DNA of 64,000 nucleotides from Parcubacteria group bacterium Gr01-1014_8 (GCA_007376385.1 VMGC01000004.1:1-64000); one strand, 5' to 3'. Shown: positions 51,626-62,300, counted from the first letter of the stretch. Translations and numbers: made by a program. Notes: generated from the letters alone by a model not told the origin.

Positions 51626-52144
51626 ATGACGAAAATAAAACAAGAGCCCGAATCTGAGCTGGAACCGCCAGCTAATCTCTACTTTCCAAGGTTGAGTTTG
51701 GGTCCATCTCTCGCGCACTATCATGGCGACCACGTTCGGAGGCTCTTCATTGCCGCGGCAGGCGCGATGCTCGTCCTGGCTCCATTTCTTAGCAGTTACA
51801 TGCCGTATACACTCCCTTTCGAAATACTTGGTGCTGTCGTTATCGTTGTTCTCGCGGCTCTTACGAATCCGAAGAAGGAAATGGTAATGATGGCCAATGC
51901 GTTTGCTGCGGGTATAGGGGTCGTTGCAAATGAGACCATCGCACTCTTTGCATATTTTGACGGCTCTATATTTATTTTTTTCGGAAGGGAAGTTATCGCG
52001 TTCCTATTTATATTTGCTCTGTACTTTAGTTTAAAGACCGTTCGTGCGATGGAATTGGGGCAGATAGGGAAGCGCGAACCACCCGGAGAATTTCGCGAAC
52101 CGACGCTCGAAGAGATGTGGGAAGAAACACATCATCAGAAATAG
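51626..52144 (+). CDS. hypothetical membrane protein (172 aa)
   Basis: Four predicted TM helices; ORF only. Confidence 0.4.
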   Translation: MTKIKQEPESELEPPANLYFPRLSLGPSLAHYHGDHVRRLFIAAAGAMLVLAPFLSSYMPYTLPFEILGAVVIVVLAALTNPKKEMVMMANAFAAGIGVVANETIALFAYFDGSIFIFFGREVIAFLFIFALYFSLKTVRAMELGQIGKREPPGEFREPTLEEMWEETHHQK

Positions 52145-52161
52145 TCTTTCATCGCAGCGGC

Positions 52162-55100
52162 CTATCGCACGGGGGAGGATCGCTGCACAACAGTGCTGTC
52201 TTGCCGCGCGATTTTCCACGAACCCGGCCATCGGTAGGTCAAAATCGGTATCATCACTAAGGTCAATATCATAGAGAATGCAAGCCCGAACATGATAGCG
52301 AACGCCAGCGGTCCCCATAGCGCTGAAGCGCCAGCAAGCGGCGCCATGCCGATAACGGTTGTCAGCGTCGTAAGGAATATCGGACGAAGGCGTGAGACGG
52401 CGGCCTCGACGATGATATCTCTATGGCTAAGGTCGTGCCGCGTCTGCAAAAGCCGATGTATTGAGTCAGTAAGAATAATTGCGTGATTAATGATAACCCC
52501 GGCGAGCGCAATGATGCCGATGACGGACGAGAACGACAGCGTTTGCGCCGTTAAGAACAATCCTCCGAAGACGCCGATCAAGGATAGGATGACCATCAAG
52601 ATGAGGTAGAGTGCGTGGCGCAGAGAATTGAATTGAAGGACCATGATGGCTATCATCAAAAGGAGGCCCGCAATGAACGCGATACCCATTTCCGCGAATG
52701 ACTTATTTACATCTTCAGTCTCACCGCCCGCTTTCCACGTGACGCCCTCTGGCAATTCGAGTTCATCTATACGCGCTTCGAATTCGTTTGTAACTTCAAC
52801 TGCTGTTTTACCGCCAGAAACCTGGCTAGAGACAGTCTCAATGCGCTTGCGATCGTCATGGCTGATGGAAGATTTTCCGCGATGAATTGATGTATCGAGA
52901 ACTGAACCGAGGAGTACCGGTCCACGGGGCGTTGGAATAGATATCGCGCGCAAAGCGTCTGGGCTAATGATAGTCGTTTCAGATGGGTCATCATAGAGGG
53001 GATTGAGGTCGAGTTTAACAACGACGTCTATATCGTCTTTAGCATTTCGTATCGTCGTAGCCGTTTGACCTTGTACAGCCGTGCGCAGTGTTTGCGCTAT
53101 CATCACCGGCGATAATCCTAAGGAAGCTGCTTTTGCCCTGTCGATAGAAAGTGAGAATTCGAGCCCGTTATCTTTCACGCTCGACTGAATGTCTGAGACT
53201 CCTTCAATGGAGGAAAGAATGTTTTCTGCCTTTAACGCGGCACTTTCCAGTTGGTCGAGGTCATCGCCGGAAAATGTGATGAGTACCGGCGAGCCCGACG
53301 GCGGGCCGTTATTCGGCTCCTGTATGCGAACATCCGTTCCCGGGATCGTGCCAACGCTTTTCCGAATATCCTCAACTACCTCGGACGAGGTCTTAGTCCT
53401 GTTTTTTTTGAGAAGTATAGTGATGTTCGCAAGATGGCCACCAGACGTTGGAGCGTCTCCAGTAAGAGCGCTCGAACCTCCCGTTGTCGTGGTGAATGCT
53501 TCAATATCAGGATTTCCATACAGCGATTCCTCAACGATGCGTACCGCAAGGTCGGTCTCTTCGAGAGCAGTGCCGCGCGGTTTCTCGATCTCAGCAAAAA
53601 TAAAATCTATGTCTTCCTGCGGGAAGAACGTTGTCCTCAAGAGGCCTGTAATAGGTAAGAGCATGGAGAGGATGAATGCGCCTGCTATTGACCACAGGAA
53701 AATATTCTGCGCCCGTCTGCTATCTAAGAGCCCGGATAGCTTCATCCGGTACCACTCTTGGAATCGATGCGTATACTCCTCTTGTTTTTGTTCGAGCCTG
53801 TTAGACTCTTTTGTCGTTAAAGCGATAGCTATGAGAGGAACAATGCCGAGAGCAACAAAAATTGACGCTACAAGAACGAAGATAAGCGTGAAAGGAATCG
53901 ATGCTATGAATTCGCCGACAATGCCGGATATGAAAAAAAGTGGAGCAAATACGGCGACGCTCGCCATCGTGCCGCTCATAAGCGGCCACGCATATTCCCG
54001 AAGCGACACGGCAGCTGCTTCATCCTTCGTAGGATAGCGGCGCATGCGGGTATGTATGGCCTCGGTGACAACGATGCCGGAATCAACCAGGATACCAATT
54101 GCAAGAATGAGCGCAAAAAGCGATACGAAGTTTATCGTATTGCCGGACGCTTGCAGGCCTATGAATGCTATAAGGAACGAAAGCGGAATAGAAGCTGCTG
54201 CAACGAGCGATTCACGCCAACCTATCGTTATAAAGAGAGTAAGCATCACCAATATCATGGTCTCGAATCCGACGCTGGTGAGCTCCGTTAAGTCTTTATT
54301 GACCTCTTCCCCTAAGTCGAGCGCAACGACAACCGTACTCCCCGCAAGCATGCCCGACTGCAATTCATCAAGCCGTTCTTTTATAGCGTCGGCAGTCGCG
54401 ACGATATTGCCGCCGGAACTTTTGAAGACGGAGAGCGTAAGGGAAGATTGCGACGGCTCACCCGCCTTCGACGCTCGGGAGATGCTCGTCGGTTTTTGTA
54501 ATCCATCCACAATGTCTGCGATATCGCGGATGTACACGATCGAGCCGCTTTGAGTCAATATCGCAACATCACGCACTTGGTCCGCTTTTGTAAGGTCTCC
54601 CTCAAAGTTCAGCGCGTATTCGACAGAATTGACGGTTATTGAACCTACCGGCAGCGAAGCATTTGATGCTTGTATGGCTCCCGTTACATCTCCTAGTCGG
54701 AGTCCATACTGCTCGAGTTTGTCTTTTTGAACTATGACGTGTATCTGGCGTTTCCGCACGCCTGACACTTCTACTCGGGAAACACCGTCCACATTTTGAA
54801 GCTCTTCTTTTATATCGTCGCCTAGTTTTGTGAGGATAGAAGGCGGATATTCACCGGTCACGGAAATAATAAGTACTGGTTGTTCGGAGAAATTTATCTC
54901 GCTCACGACCGGGTCATTTGCTTCTTCCGGCAGATTTGGTTTTACCTGGTCTATCGCGTCCTTCAAGTCCTGGATAGATTTGTCGAGGTCGGCACTCGCG
55001 TCGAATTGCACAGTAACGATCGAAATGCTCTCGCGAGAACTCGACGTGAGTGTGTCCAGGTTTTCAAGATTCGCGACAGCTGTTTCTATCTCATTCGTTA

Positions 55101-55290
55101 TGAGCTGCTCCACATCTTCAGCTGAACCGCCCGGCAGAACGACCGAGACGATGCCGACTGGGATACGAACCTCGGGCGCTGATTCCTTGGGGATCGAGAG
55201 AAGCGCGTAAGTACCAGCAGCAATGAGAGACACTACGAGAAGAACCGTGAATTGGCGCTTTTTAAGAAAAAATGTCCAGAGCGGTAACAT
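52162..55290 (-). CDS. RND-family efflux transporter permease (AcrB/HAE-type)
   Basis: 1042 aa, 12-TM architecture with two large periplasmic loops; typical N-terminus MLPLWTFFLKKRQFTVLLVVSLIAAGTYALLSIPKESAPEV. Confidence 0.85.
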   Translation of the reverse strand: MLPLWTFFLKKRQFTVLLVVSLIAAGTYALLSIPKESAPEVRIPVGIVSVVLPGGSAEDVEQLITNEIETAVANLENLDTLTSSSRESISIVTVQFDASADLDKSIQDLKDAIDQVKPNLPEEANDPVVSEINFSEQPVLIISVTGEYPPSILTKLGDDIKEELQNVDGVSRVEVSGVRKRQIHVIVQKDKLEQYGLRLGDVTGAIQASNASLPVGSITVNSVEYALNFEGDLTKADQVRDVAILTQSGSIVYIRDIADIVDGLQKPTSISRASKAGEPSQSSLTLSVFKSSGGNIVATADAIKERLDELQSGMLAGSTVVVALDLGEEVNKDLTELTSVGFETMILVMLTLFITIGWRESLVAAASIPLSFLIAFIGLQASGNTINFVSLFALILAIGILVDSGIVVTEAIHTRMRRYPTKDEAAAVSLREYAWPLMSGTMASVAVFAPLFFISGIVGEFIASIPFTLIFVLVASIFVALGIVPLIAIALTTKESNRLEQKQEEYTHRFQEWYRMKLSGLLDSRRAQNIFLWSIAGAFILSMLLPITGLLRTTFFPQEDIDFIFAEIEKPRGTALEETDLAVRIVEESLYGNPDIEAFTTTTGGSSALTGDAPTSGGHLANITILLKKNRTKTSSEVVEDIRKSVGTIPGTDVRIQEPNNGPPSGSPVLITFSGDDLDQLESAALKAENILSSIEGVSDIQSSVKDNGLEFSLSIDRAKAASLGLSPVMIAQTLRTAVQGQTATTIRNAKDDIDVVVKLDLNPLYDDPSETTIISPDALRAISIPTPRGPVLLGSVLDTSIHRGKSSISHDDRKRIETVSSQVSGGKTAVEVTNEFEARIDELELPEGVTWKAGGETEDVNKSFAEMGIAFIAGLLLMIAIMVLQFNSLRHALYLILMVILSLIGVFGGLFLTAQTLSFSSVIGIIALAGVIINHAIILTDSIHRLLQTRHDLSHRDIIVEAAVSRLRPIFLTTLTTVIGMAPLAGASALWGPLAFAIMFGLAFSMILTLVMIPILTYRWPGSWKIARQDSTVVQRSSPVR

Positions 55291-55310
55291 ACGCTACGTC
55301 GAGTTCAAAT

Positions 55311-56921
55311 TTACTGCGCGATTTCCACCTCTTGCCCTTCCTTTAAGCCGCGAACATCCACAACGATCTTAGTATCTGCATCGAGCCCGGAAGTTACTTG
55401 CACGTACTCGCCGGACAATTTGCCGATCGTAATTTCATGCGATACTGATTTATTTTCAACAACGGAAAAAATAATGGTACGACTAGCCTCGATCTTGAGG
55501 GCAGTTATAGGAATCGAAAGAGGGCCTTTTACTTCGGGTTTTGGTTTCTCGCCATTCGCGGTAAATTCTACTCTCAGCGATTGACCGTTCGTCAGCGTGT
55601 TTATCGCAGTTACAGGAAGCCCAATACGTACCTCTATCTTACGGGTCACAGGGTCAAGCGCAGGCGCTATTTTGGTAACGACGCCGGTGATGCCTCCCTC
55701 CAGCGCTACCTTCTGCCCGACTGATACGCGAGATTTATCCTCTTCTGTAAGAAATGCGATCGCTTCAAGTGCATTGTTGTTTGAAACAATAGCTATCTCT
55801 TGGGAAGGCGCAACCGTGTCGCCGAGCTTGATGGTGAAGTTATTCAACGTTCCTGAAATAGGGGAACGAATGATGGTTTTTTCAAGGTTTGCAAGTGCGG
55901 CGTTGTATGCTCCTTCGGCCTGCTTTACTACCGCTGCTGCAGCCGCGACGTCTTCCGACTGTGCGCCTGTCTCGCCTTGTTCGAGATTCTTTTCTGTAGT
56001 TTCAATTCCGCTTTTTGCTGAAGTGATCGCGGAAAGGGCGGTAGTGAGAGCAGTTCGAGAAGCAGTTGCATCGGAGCGGAATGCGGCAATGTCCGCCGAA
56101 TCAACGCCCGGTGAGTCGATGGCATCTGAGAGAGCGGCGAGAATGGTGTCGATAAATGTGCGTATATCACGCACCTCTGCTTCAGTAACTTGCAATTCGG
56201 TCTTCAGGTCGGAAGATGTAGAAATTGCATGGGATGCTGATTCTTGTCTTTTTAGAACAATAGCGAGTTCGCCACGTGTATATTCGAGAGCCACCTCTCG
56301 CTGCTGATTTGACGTTACCGGGGTGAATTGTATCTGGCCTATCTCAACGCCAGTGAACATTTGGTCCGCTGTATCGTTTACAGCGCTGTCCACTGTCCCG
56401 TATGCCGTAAGAAGTGAATTTACGGCAGTACCCTTCGCGGATGCGAGGACCGACTGGAGTATGGACAATTGTTCAGCCCGTGTACCGCCCTGGATCTTGT
56501 GGAGCGACGCTTTGGCGGCATCATATGCACCCTCAACTTGTAAGACTGTCGCGCGCTGCGAGCTATTCTCCAGTTCGGCAAGGACCTGGCCAGCCCCGAC
56601 GTGGTCTCCAAGAGATGCCTTTACGCGAACAACTCTGCCCCCGTTTTCGGGTGATATCTTCGCCTCGTTCACCGATTGGACTTCAGCGATAACTGAAAGG
56701 GTAGTACCCCCGTTCATGAGGTCGGCAACCCGTTTTACCACAACTGTTCGTATTTGTTTCTCTGCGAGCTCTGTTGAGCCGCCAGAGAGCGATATATAAG
56801 CAACAACAGCTATGAGGGCAATGACGAGCAGGAGAATGATGGATAGAGTTCTTCGAGAACGCCAGCTCACTCCGCGAAGAAGTCTTAGGAAAGGCACATT
56901 CTGAATGTTGAATGATGGCAT
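55311..56921 (-). CDS. efflux RND transporter periplasmic adaptor (HlyD/MFP family), long form
   Basis: N-terminal TM anchor, a biotin-lipoyl-like hairpin (VVVKRVADL...GQVLAELE), an extended coiled-coil and C-terminal beta-barrel/MP domains; directly upstream of the RND gene. Confidence 0.7.
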   Translation of the reverse strand: MPSFNIQNVPFLRLLRGVSWRSRRTLSIILLLVIALIAVVAYISLSGGSTELAEKQIRTVVVKRVADLMNGGTTLSVIAEVQSVNEAKISPENGGRVVRVKASLGDHVGAGQVLAELENSSQRATVLQVEGAYDAAKASLHKIQGGTRAEQLSILQSVLASAKGTAVNSLLTAYGTVDSAVNDTADQMFTGVEIGQIQFTPVTSNQQREVALEYTRGELAIVLKRQESASHAISTSSDLKTELQVTEAEVRDIRTFIDTILAALSDAIDSPGVDSADIAAFRSDATASRTALTTALSAITSAKSGIETTEKNLEQGETGAQSEDVAAAAAVVKQAEGAYNAALANLEKTIIRSPISGTLNNFTIKLGDTVAPSQEIAIVSNNNALEAIAFLTEEDKSRVSVGQKVALEGGITGVVTKIAPALDPVTRKIEVRIGLPVTAINTLTNGQSLRVEFTANGEKPKPEVKGPLSIPITALKIEASRTIIFSVVENKSVSHEITIGKLSGEYVQVTSGLDADTKIVVDVRGLKEGQEVEIAQ

Positions 56922-57070
56922 AGGCTAAGCACTATAAATGATAATGTATTTGAGGCATGAGACGTACTCAGGGGGTTGACACTATCAAGAATTAATTGTC
57001 TGGTCAACTTTTAGCATTGTATAGAGAGCCAGTCGTCGCGACATCCTAGCATGTTACAATTCCACATTCC

Positions 57071-57661
57071 ATGACTAAAAAAATATTTCTCCTCCTCGGT
57101 CATCCGGACAAGATGGGATTATGCGGCGAACTTGCCGACGCATATGAGAAGGCGGCGCGAGATGCGGGACACACCATAGAGCGCATGAATTTAGGGGAAA
57201 TTAAATTTGACCCTATTCTTCACAAAGGATATCGCGAGAAACAAGAATTGGAGCCAGACCTGGTGCGCTTTCAGCAGCTCGTAACCGCGTCAGATCACTT
57301 TGTCGTTCTATACCCGGTCTGGTGGGTGGGCATGCCGGCGCTTCTCAAAGGTCTTTTTGATCGTGCGTGGCTTCCCGGTTCTGCGTTTCGCTATATAAAG
57401 ACAAAGGGCGGGCAGCGCACGGTGTTTTGGCACCGGCTATTTCGAGGGAAAACTGCCCGGATAATAATGACCAGCGGTACGGCGCCGTGGATTGTCCGCT
57501 TTTTGCCTGGCAACGTTAATGCGCAGTTGCGATGGGGAATCTTGTGGTTTGCAGGTTTCTCTGTCTGCACAACGTGGTTCGGTCCCGCAGAAAACCCGGA
57601 GCCCGCGACAAAGAAGCATTGGCTTGCGAAGATCAGCGCTTTAGGTAGAGGGGCGAGGTGA
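57071..57661 (+). CDS. flavodoxin-like NAD(P)H:quinone oxidoreductase (Flavodoxin_2 family)
   Basis: MTKKIFLLLGHPDKMGLCGELADAY...FVVLYPVWWVGMPALLKGLFDRAW matches the NQO/MdaB/KefF-like FMN-binding fold. Confidence 0.7.
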   Translation: MTKKIFLLLGHPDKMGLCGELADAYEKAARDAGHTIERMNLGEIKFDPILHKGYREKQELEPDLVRFQQLVTASDHFVVLYPVWWVGMPALLKGLFDRAWLPGSAFRYIKTKGGQRTVFWHRLFRGKTARIIMTSGTAPWIVRFLPGNVNAQLRWGILWFAGFSVCTTWFGPAENPEPATKKHWLAKISALGRGAR

Positions 57662-57664
57662 CAT

Positions 57665-57904
57665 TTATTCAGCGTCGTATAAGTCCTTTCGCCACTTTTC
57701 AACCGAACCTGGCCCGTCCTTACCCTGAGGAGTATCCGATGGCGCGGGGGCCTTTTTTTTGAGTTCTTCATCAATAATGAACGGCTTATGTCTCGCCTTC
57801 TTACTCTCTTCCTCTTGGCGGTCACTCGGAGGTCCTTTCAACATGCTGCCGATTATAGCAAATTGCATGTAAAGGGCCGAGCGCCTAGAACAGTTTACAG
57901 TCAT
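57665..57904 (-). CDS. small hypothetical protein (79 aa)
   Basis: ORF only, basic and low complexity; may be spurious. Confidence 0.25.
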   Translation of the reverse strand: MTVNCSRRSALYMQFAIIGSMLKGPPSDRQEEESKKARHKPFIIDEELKKKAPAPSDTPQGKDGPGSVEKWRKDLYDAE

Positions 57905-58092
57905 CTCACCGACCGCGCGGTTGGTGCCGCCTCTGGAGCGCGTCTTGTCTGTCCAGCATCGAGAGACAGGAGGTGTTCAGATGAATACTGTTGGTCGAGG
58001 TCAAGGAGTGGCATACTGTGCATAGGATGCTTTTAAAAAGCATGCAGAATGCGCCGAGCGCGCAAAAAAACAATCGTCTCACGTGACATATT

Positions 58093-58740
58093 TTGCCGGA
58101 TATGTTCAAAAATAGAAAAGAAGCGGGAAAAGAAATTGCGCAAAAACTCGCATCGTATCGAGGCATGAACGCTGTTGTTCTTGCGCTTCCGCGCGGCGGA
58201 GTTGTTGTCGGGCATGAGGTCGCAAAAGCGCTCTCGCTTCCTCTTGACATTGTTGCGGTGCGGAAAATTGGACATCCGTCATCGCCGGAATATGCAGTGT
58301 GCGCCCTCGATGAACACGGGACCCGTCTATGCAATGAAAGCGCTATTTGGGATATCGATCCAGCGTGGCTTGCTGCAGAGACAGAGCGGCAGACAATGGA
58401 GGCGTTGCGGCGGGCGCGTGTGTACCGGGGAAAACGGCTGCCGGTTGAGATAGCTGGCGCGACGGCTCTCTTGGTTGATGATGGAGCCGCGACTGGACTC
58501 ACGATGCGCGCCGCGATCGCGGCTGTTCGCGCGCGAGGAGTACAGAAAATAGTCGTTGCTGTTCCCGTCGCTTCCGTAGATGCCGTCAGAGATTTCACAA
58601 AGGAAGCGGACGAAGTGGTCATCCTCGAGCCCCCGGAGGAATTTAGGAGCGCAGTCGGAGCGCACTTTCGGCATTTCGACCAAGTCGAGGACAAGGAAGT
58701 TGTCCGTCTCCTTAAGGCATCTGTTCGGAACGCTTATTGA
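58093..58740 (+). CDS. type I phosphoribosyltransferase-domain protein
   Basis: PRPP-binding motif LLVDDGAATGLTMRAA (acidic-hydrophobic-DD-x-x-x-TG) and N-terminal hood region. Confidence 0.7.
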   Translation: MPDMFKNRKEAGKEIAQKLASYRGMNAVVLALPRGGVVVGHEVAKALSLPLDIVAVRKIGHPSSPEYAVCALDEHGTRLCNESAIWDIDPAWLAAETERQTMEALRRARVYRGKRLPVEIAGATALLVDDGAATGLTMRAAIAAVRARGVQKIVVAVPVASVDAVRDFTKEADEVVILEPPEEFRSAVGAHFRHFDQVEDKEVVRLLKASVRNAY

Positions 58741-58832
58741 TACGAGATTTGTGCGAACCATCGCGAAAAGCGGGGTGTTGAAAGGAAGAAGAGGGGAGAA
58801 TATGCGGCTAATAAACACGGCAGAGAAATGAT

Positions 58833-59774
58833 ATGCGAGAGCAAAAATTACCAAAATATTTACAGCCGATGCTCGCGACGCTCATCGACGCGCCGTTTGA
58901 CGATGCTGAGTGGGTGTACGAAACCAAGTGGGACGGTTTTCGCATTGTTGCCGAGATAAAGCCCGGCGCGGTTACATTATATTCGCGTAACGGTCAGGTC
59001 ATGAGCGAACGATACAAGCCTGTAGCGATGGCGCTTTCAAAAATTCATCACGACGCGGTCATAGACGGCGAGCTGGTCGCGCTCGACAGGCAAGGCGTAT
59101 CGCGTTTTCAGCTGTTGCAAAATGCGTTGAAAACAAAAGTTGACCTGCACTATTGTATTTTTGACGTGATGTTCCTAGATGGTAAAGACCTTCGCGGCCT
59201 CTCTCTCGTCGAACGCAAGGAACAACTAAAAAGGATTATTCCGAATGATACGTTGTTGCGATATAGCGAACATCGTTTTGAACACGGAACAAGATACTTT
59301 AATGAGGCAAAAAAGAAAAAGGAGGAAGGCATCATGGCAAAACGGGCAGAGAGTAAGTATCTTTCTGGCAAGCGCTCAATGGCGTGGCTGAAGATCAAGA
59401 CTGGCTCGAGGCAGGAGGTCGTCATCGTCGGCTTTACTGCCCCCAAACGTTCTCGTAAATATTTCGGCTCCTTGGCGCTCGCAGTTCACGAAACCGGCCG
59501 GTCGAGCGGGAAAAAATGGCGCTATGTCGGGCATGTCGGCACAGGATTTGATGCAGCTGCCTTGAATGAGATACATGGGAAATTAGAACATTTGAGGACA
59601 CGGCATTCGCCGTTCGATACGGCGGTGAAATATGAGTCAACGACAACATGGGTGAAGCCAAAGCTTGTTGGCGAAGTGAAATTCACTGAATGGACGGACA
59701 AAGGGGAGATGCGGCATCCTGCGTTCATGGGGCTTAGAGAGGACAAGAAGCCTGAGGAAGTAGTGCGCGAATAG
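58833..59774 (+). CDS. ligD: ATP-dependent DNA ligase (LigD ligase domain)
   Basis: LQPMLATL... and the adenylation motif I YETKWDGFR (K-x-DG-x-R); C-terminal OB fold; 313 aa. Confidence 0.8.
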   Translation: MREQKLPKYLQPMLATLIDAPFDDAEWVYETKWDGFRIVAEIKPGAVTLYSRNGQVMSERYKPVAMALSKIHHDAVIDGELVALDRQGVSRFQLLQNALKTKVDLHYCIFDVMFLDGKDLRGLSLVERKEQLKRIIPNDTLLRYSEHRFEHGTRYFNEAKKKKEEGIMAKRAESKYLSGKRSMAWLKIKTGSRQEVVIVGFTAPKRSRKYFGSLALAVHETGRSSGKKWRYVGHVGTGFDAAALNEIHGKLEHLRTRHSPFDTAVKYESTTTWVKPKLVGEVKFTEWTDKGEMRHPAFMGLREDKKPEEVVRE

Positions 59775-59780
59775 CATGAA

Positions 59781-60674
59781 ATGAATATGTTTGAACCGAC
59801 GCATCTGGACAAAATGTATTGGCCTGAAGCCGGATATACAAAGGGCGACATGCTCAAATATTATGAACGCATTTCCCCCTACCTATTGCCGTACCTTAAA
59901 GACAGACCAGTGGTATTGAAGCGTTTCCCCCACGGCATCTCAGGGCAGAGCTTTTTTCAGAAGAATGTCGAAGGCGATGTTCCAAAATTTGTGAAGCGCG
60001 TGACGATTCCTGCAGAAACCATCGAAAAGGATGTGCACTACATCGTCTGCAATAATGTGGAGACGCTCTCGTATCTGGCAAATTTAGGGACGATAGAGCT
60101 CCATCCATGGAATTCTCGCGTGAAAAAATTACATCACCCGGACTTCATGATATTCGATCTCGACCCAGGGGAGGGAACGACGTATAACGACGTTGTCGCT
60201 GCAGCGCTTCAGACGCGTGAATTATTGGATGAATTGGGCGTTTCGAGTTATCCCAAAACATCGGGGAAAAAAGGTATACACCTATACGTGCCGCTCGGAG
60301 CAAAATATTCGTATGACGAGGTGCGTGATTTTGCTCACCGAGTGTCGGGGACGCTCGCAACGCGTTATCCAAAGCTTCTCACGGCCAAGCGCGGTGAAGA
60401 ACACAGACACAAGAAGATATTTGTCGATTATCTGCGTAATTCTGTCGGGCAGACAGCAGTCGCTCCGTACTCCCTACGCGCATCGCCCGAGGCGACAGTC
60501 TCAACGCCGCTCAATTGGAGCGAAGTGAAAAAGGGTCTCAACCCGAAATTATTCACAATTGAGTCGGTGCTCAAGCGATTGAAGGTAAAAGGCGACTTGT
60601 GGGAGCCTGTTCTTAGCACTGGAGTCGAAATGAAAGCCGCGGCGAAGCAGCTTCGCGCATTGGCTTCAAAGTAG
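59781..60674 (+). CDS. LigD polymerase/primase domain (NHEJ PolDom)
   Basis: VLKRFPHGISGQSFFQKN, IFDLDPGEG, GKKGIHLYVPL are hallmark PolDom motifs; separate ORF 7 nt after the ligase gene. Confidence 0.8.
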   Translation: MNMFEPTHLDKMYWPEAGYTKGDMLKYYERISPYLLPYLKDRPVVLKRFPHGISGQSFFQKNVEGDVPKFVKRVTIPAETIEKDVHYIVCNNVETLSYLANLGTIELHPWNSRVKKLHHPDFMIFDLDPGEGTTYNDVVAAALQTRELLDELGVSSYPKTSGKKGIHLYVPLGAKYSYDEVRDFAHRVSGTLATRYPKLLTAKRGEEHRHKKIFVDYLRNSVGQTAVAPYSLRASPEATVSTPLNWSEVKKGLNPKLFTIESVLKRLKVKGDLWEPVLSTGVEMKAAAKQLRALASK

Positions 60675-60687
60675 TTTTTCAGCTAGG

Positions 60688-61800
60688 ATGATTCGTGTCA
60701 TGAGCCTTTCTATTGGGATAGTAGGTTTGCCGAACGTTGGTAAATCCACGCTTTTTAACGCGCTTACGCAAAAGGGTGTCTTAATAGCCAACTATCCGTT
60801 TGCGACCATTGACCCTTCTGTCGGCGTTGTTGCCGTGCCGGACATCAGGCTTACTCGATTGAGCGAAATGTCGCATTCGGAAAAGACGGTTCCGGCGGCG
60901 GTTGAATTTGTTGATATCGCCGGGTTAGTTAAGGGGGCATCGGAGGGCGAGGGTTTAGGAAATCAATTCCTAACAAATATACGGGAAACAGATGCCATCG
61001 CAGAAGTCGTGCGCCTTTTTGATGATGAAGATATCCATCACGTTCATGGCGATGTGGACCCTCTCAGAGACATCGAGGTCATCAATTTAGAACTTGTTCT
61101 CGCTGATGAGGAGACAGCAGAGAAAAGGTTGGAGCGCGTTGAGCGAGATTCTAAAAACGGCGAGAAGGAGCTTGTACTTGAACGAGATGCTCTCCGGAAA
61201 ATAGTTTCTGTTCTAAAAAAAGGTACAGCAGCTCGTGAAGCTGAGCTTACTGATAAAGAGAGGGACGTTGTGAAAGGATTTCATCTCCTCACCATGAAGC
61301 CAATTTTGTACGTCCTGAATCGAAAGAGCGGCGCGGTCAACATGGATGCAGAGGGCGGGAACAGGTGGCGGGAATTAAAGAACTTTTTTGATACTACAAA
61401 AGCACAATACGTATTCGTAGACGCCGGAGTTGAAAACGAACTTCATGATGTGGGCGATGCAGAAAGGAATGACTTCCGCCGCGAACTCGGCGTATCAAGC
61501 GACGGAATAGATGACCTCATCAAAGGCGGATACGAACTCCTTGATTTGATCTCGTTCTTCACGACAGGACCGGATGAATCTCGTGCGTGGACAATCAAGC
61601 GCGGCTCGACTGCGCCCCATGCTGGCGCCGCCATCCACTCCGATTTCCGCGATAAATTCATCCGAACAGACGTCATCCAATGGGACAAGCTCCTGGAAGC
61701 AGGCTCTTGGAGCTTGGCACGGGACAAAGGTATACTGAGGACCGAAGGGAAAGAATATATAGTTCAAGATGGAGATGTAATGGAATTTAAACACAGTTGA
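60688..61800 (+). CDS. ychF: ribosome-binding ATPase YchF (Obg-family)
   Basis: G1 IVGLPNVGKSTLFNALT, the YchF-specific coiled-coil insert, and a C-terminal TGS domain (...GKEYIVQDGDVMEFK). Confidence 0.9.
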   Translation: MIRVMSLSIGIVGLPNVGKSTLFNALTQKGVLIANYPFATIDPSVGVVAVPDIRLTRLSEMSHSEKTVPAAVEFVDIAGLVKGASEGEGLGNQFLTNIRETDAIAEVVRLFDDEDIHHVHGDVDPLRDIEVINLELVLADEETAEKRLERVERDSKNGEKELVLERDALRKIVSVLKKGTAAREAELTDKERDVVKGFHLLTMKPILYVLNRKSGAVNMDAEGGNRWRELKNFFDTTKAQYVFVDAGVENELHDVGDAERNDFRRELGVSSDGIDDLIKGGYELLDLISFFTTGPDESRAWTIKRGSTAPHAGAAIHSDFRDKFIRTDVIQWDKLLEAGSWSLARDKGILRTEGKEYIVQDGDVMEFKHS

Positions 61801-62276
61801 TACATATGGGTCGGAAAGAAAGCAGTTTGGATAAAGGTGCAGGCCTTGATTCAAAAAAACTCTCGCAGATGCTGGTCGCGATTGCTGCCGGTGATGTTCC
61901 CGCGATCAAGAGCATGCAAATCCCAAATATGGTGGACACTTTCTTCGGCTACGTTCGTAACCTGGAGGACTCTCACGCGAAATACCAGGATTTGAAGACA
62001 TCACAGAACCCGAAAGCAGTGAAACTCGGGGAACATTTCAACCAATACGTGAACGCGTGGCTTGATAGCGGTGATTGGCAGACGCCATTCGTTAAGTTTC
62101 TAATTGAAAGCGATTTCCCACCCGGCGAAATTTCAAGGGGACTTGGAATGCGCTCATGGAAGGACCTCGAGAAACTGAATGCGGCGCTAGAGAACAATAA
62201 ACAGTTCCGAGTATTCAACGAAATAAAATCGCCGAAAGACTTGGAAGGCGCAACTGACGAGACTGACGAGACGTAA
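61797..62276 (+). CDS. hypothetical protein (159 aa)
   Basis: ORF overlapping the ychF stop by 4 nt; no recognized motif. Confidence 0.4.
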   Translation: MIHMGRKESSLDKGAGLDSKKLSQMLVAIAAGDVPAIKSMQIPNMVDTFFGYVRNLEDSHAKYQDLKTSQNPKAVKLGEHFNQYVNAWLDSGDWQTPFVKFLIESDFPPGEISRGLGMRSWKDLEKLNAALENNKQFRVFNEIKSPKDLEGATDETDET

Positions 62277-62300
62277 AAAAATCGCGAAGTATCAATTTTG

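Noticed and set aside
53189-54553. 282-aa and 169-aa plus-strand ORFs inside the RND permease gene
   Set aside because: Shadow ORFs antisense to a confidently identified 1042-aa RND transporter.
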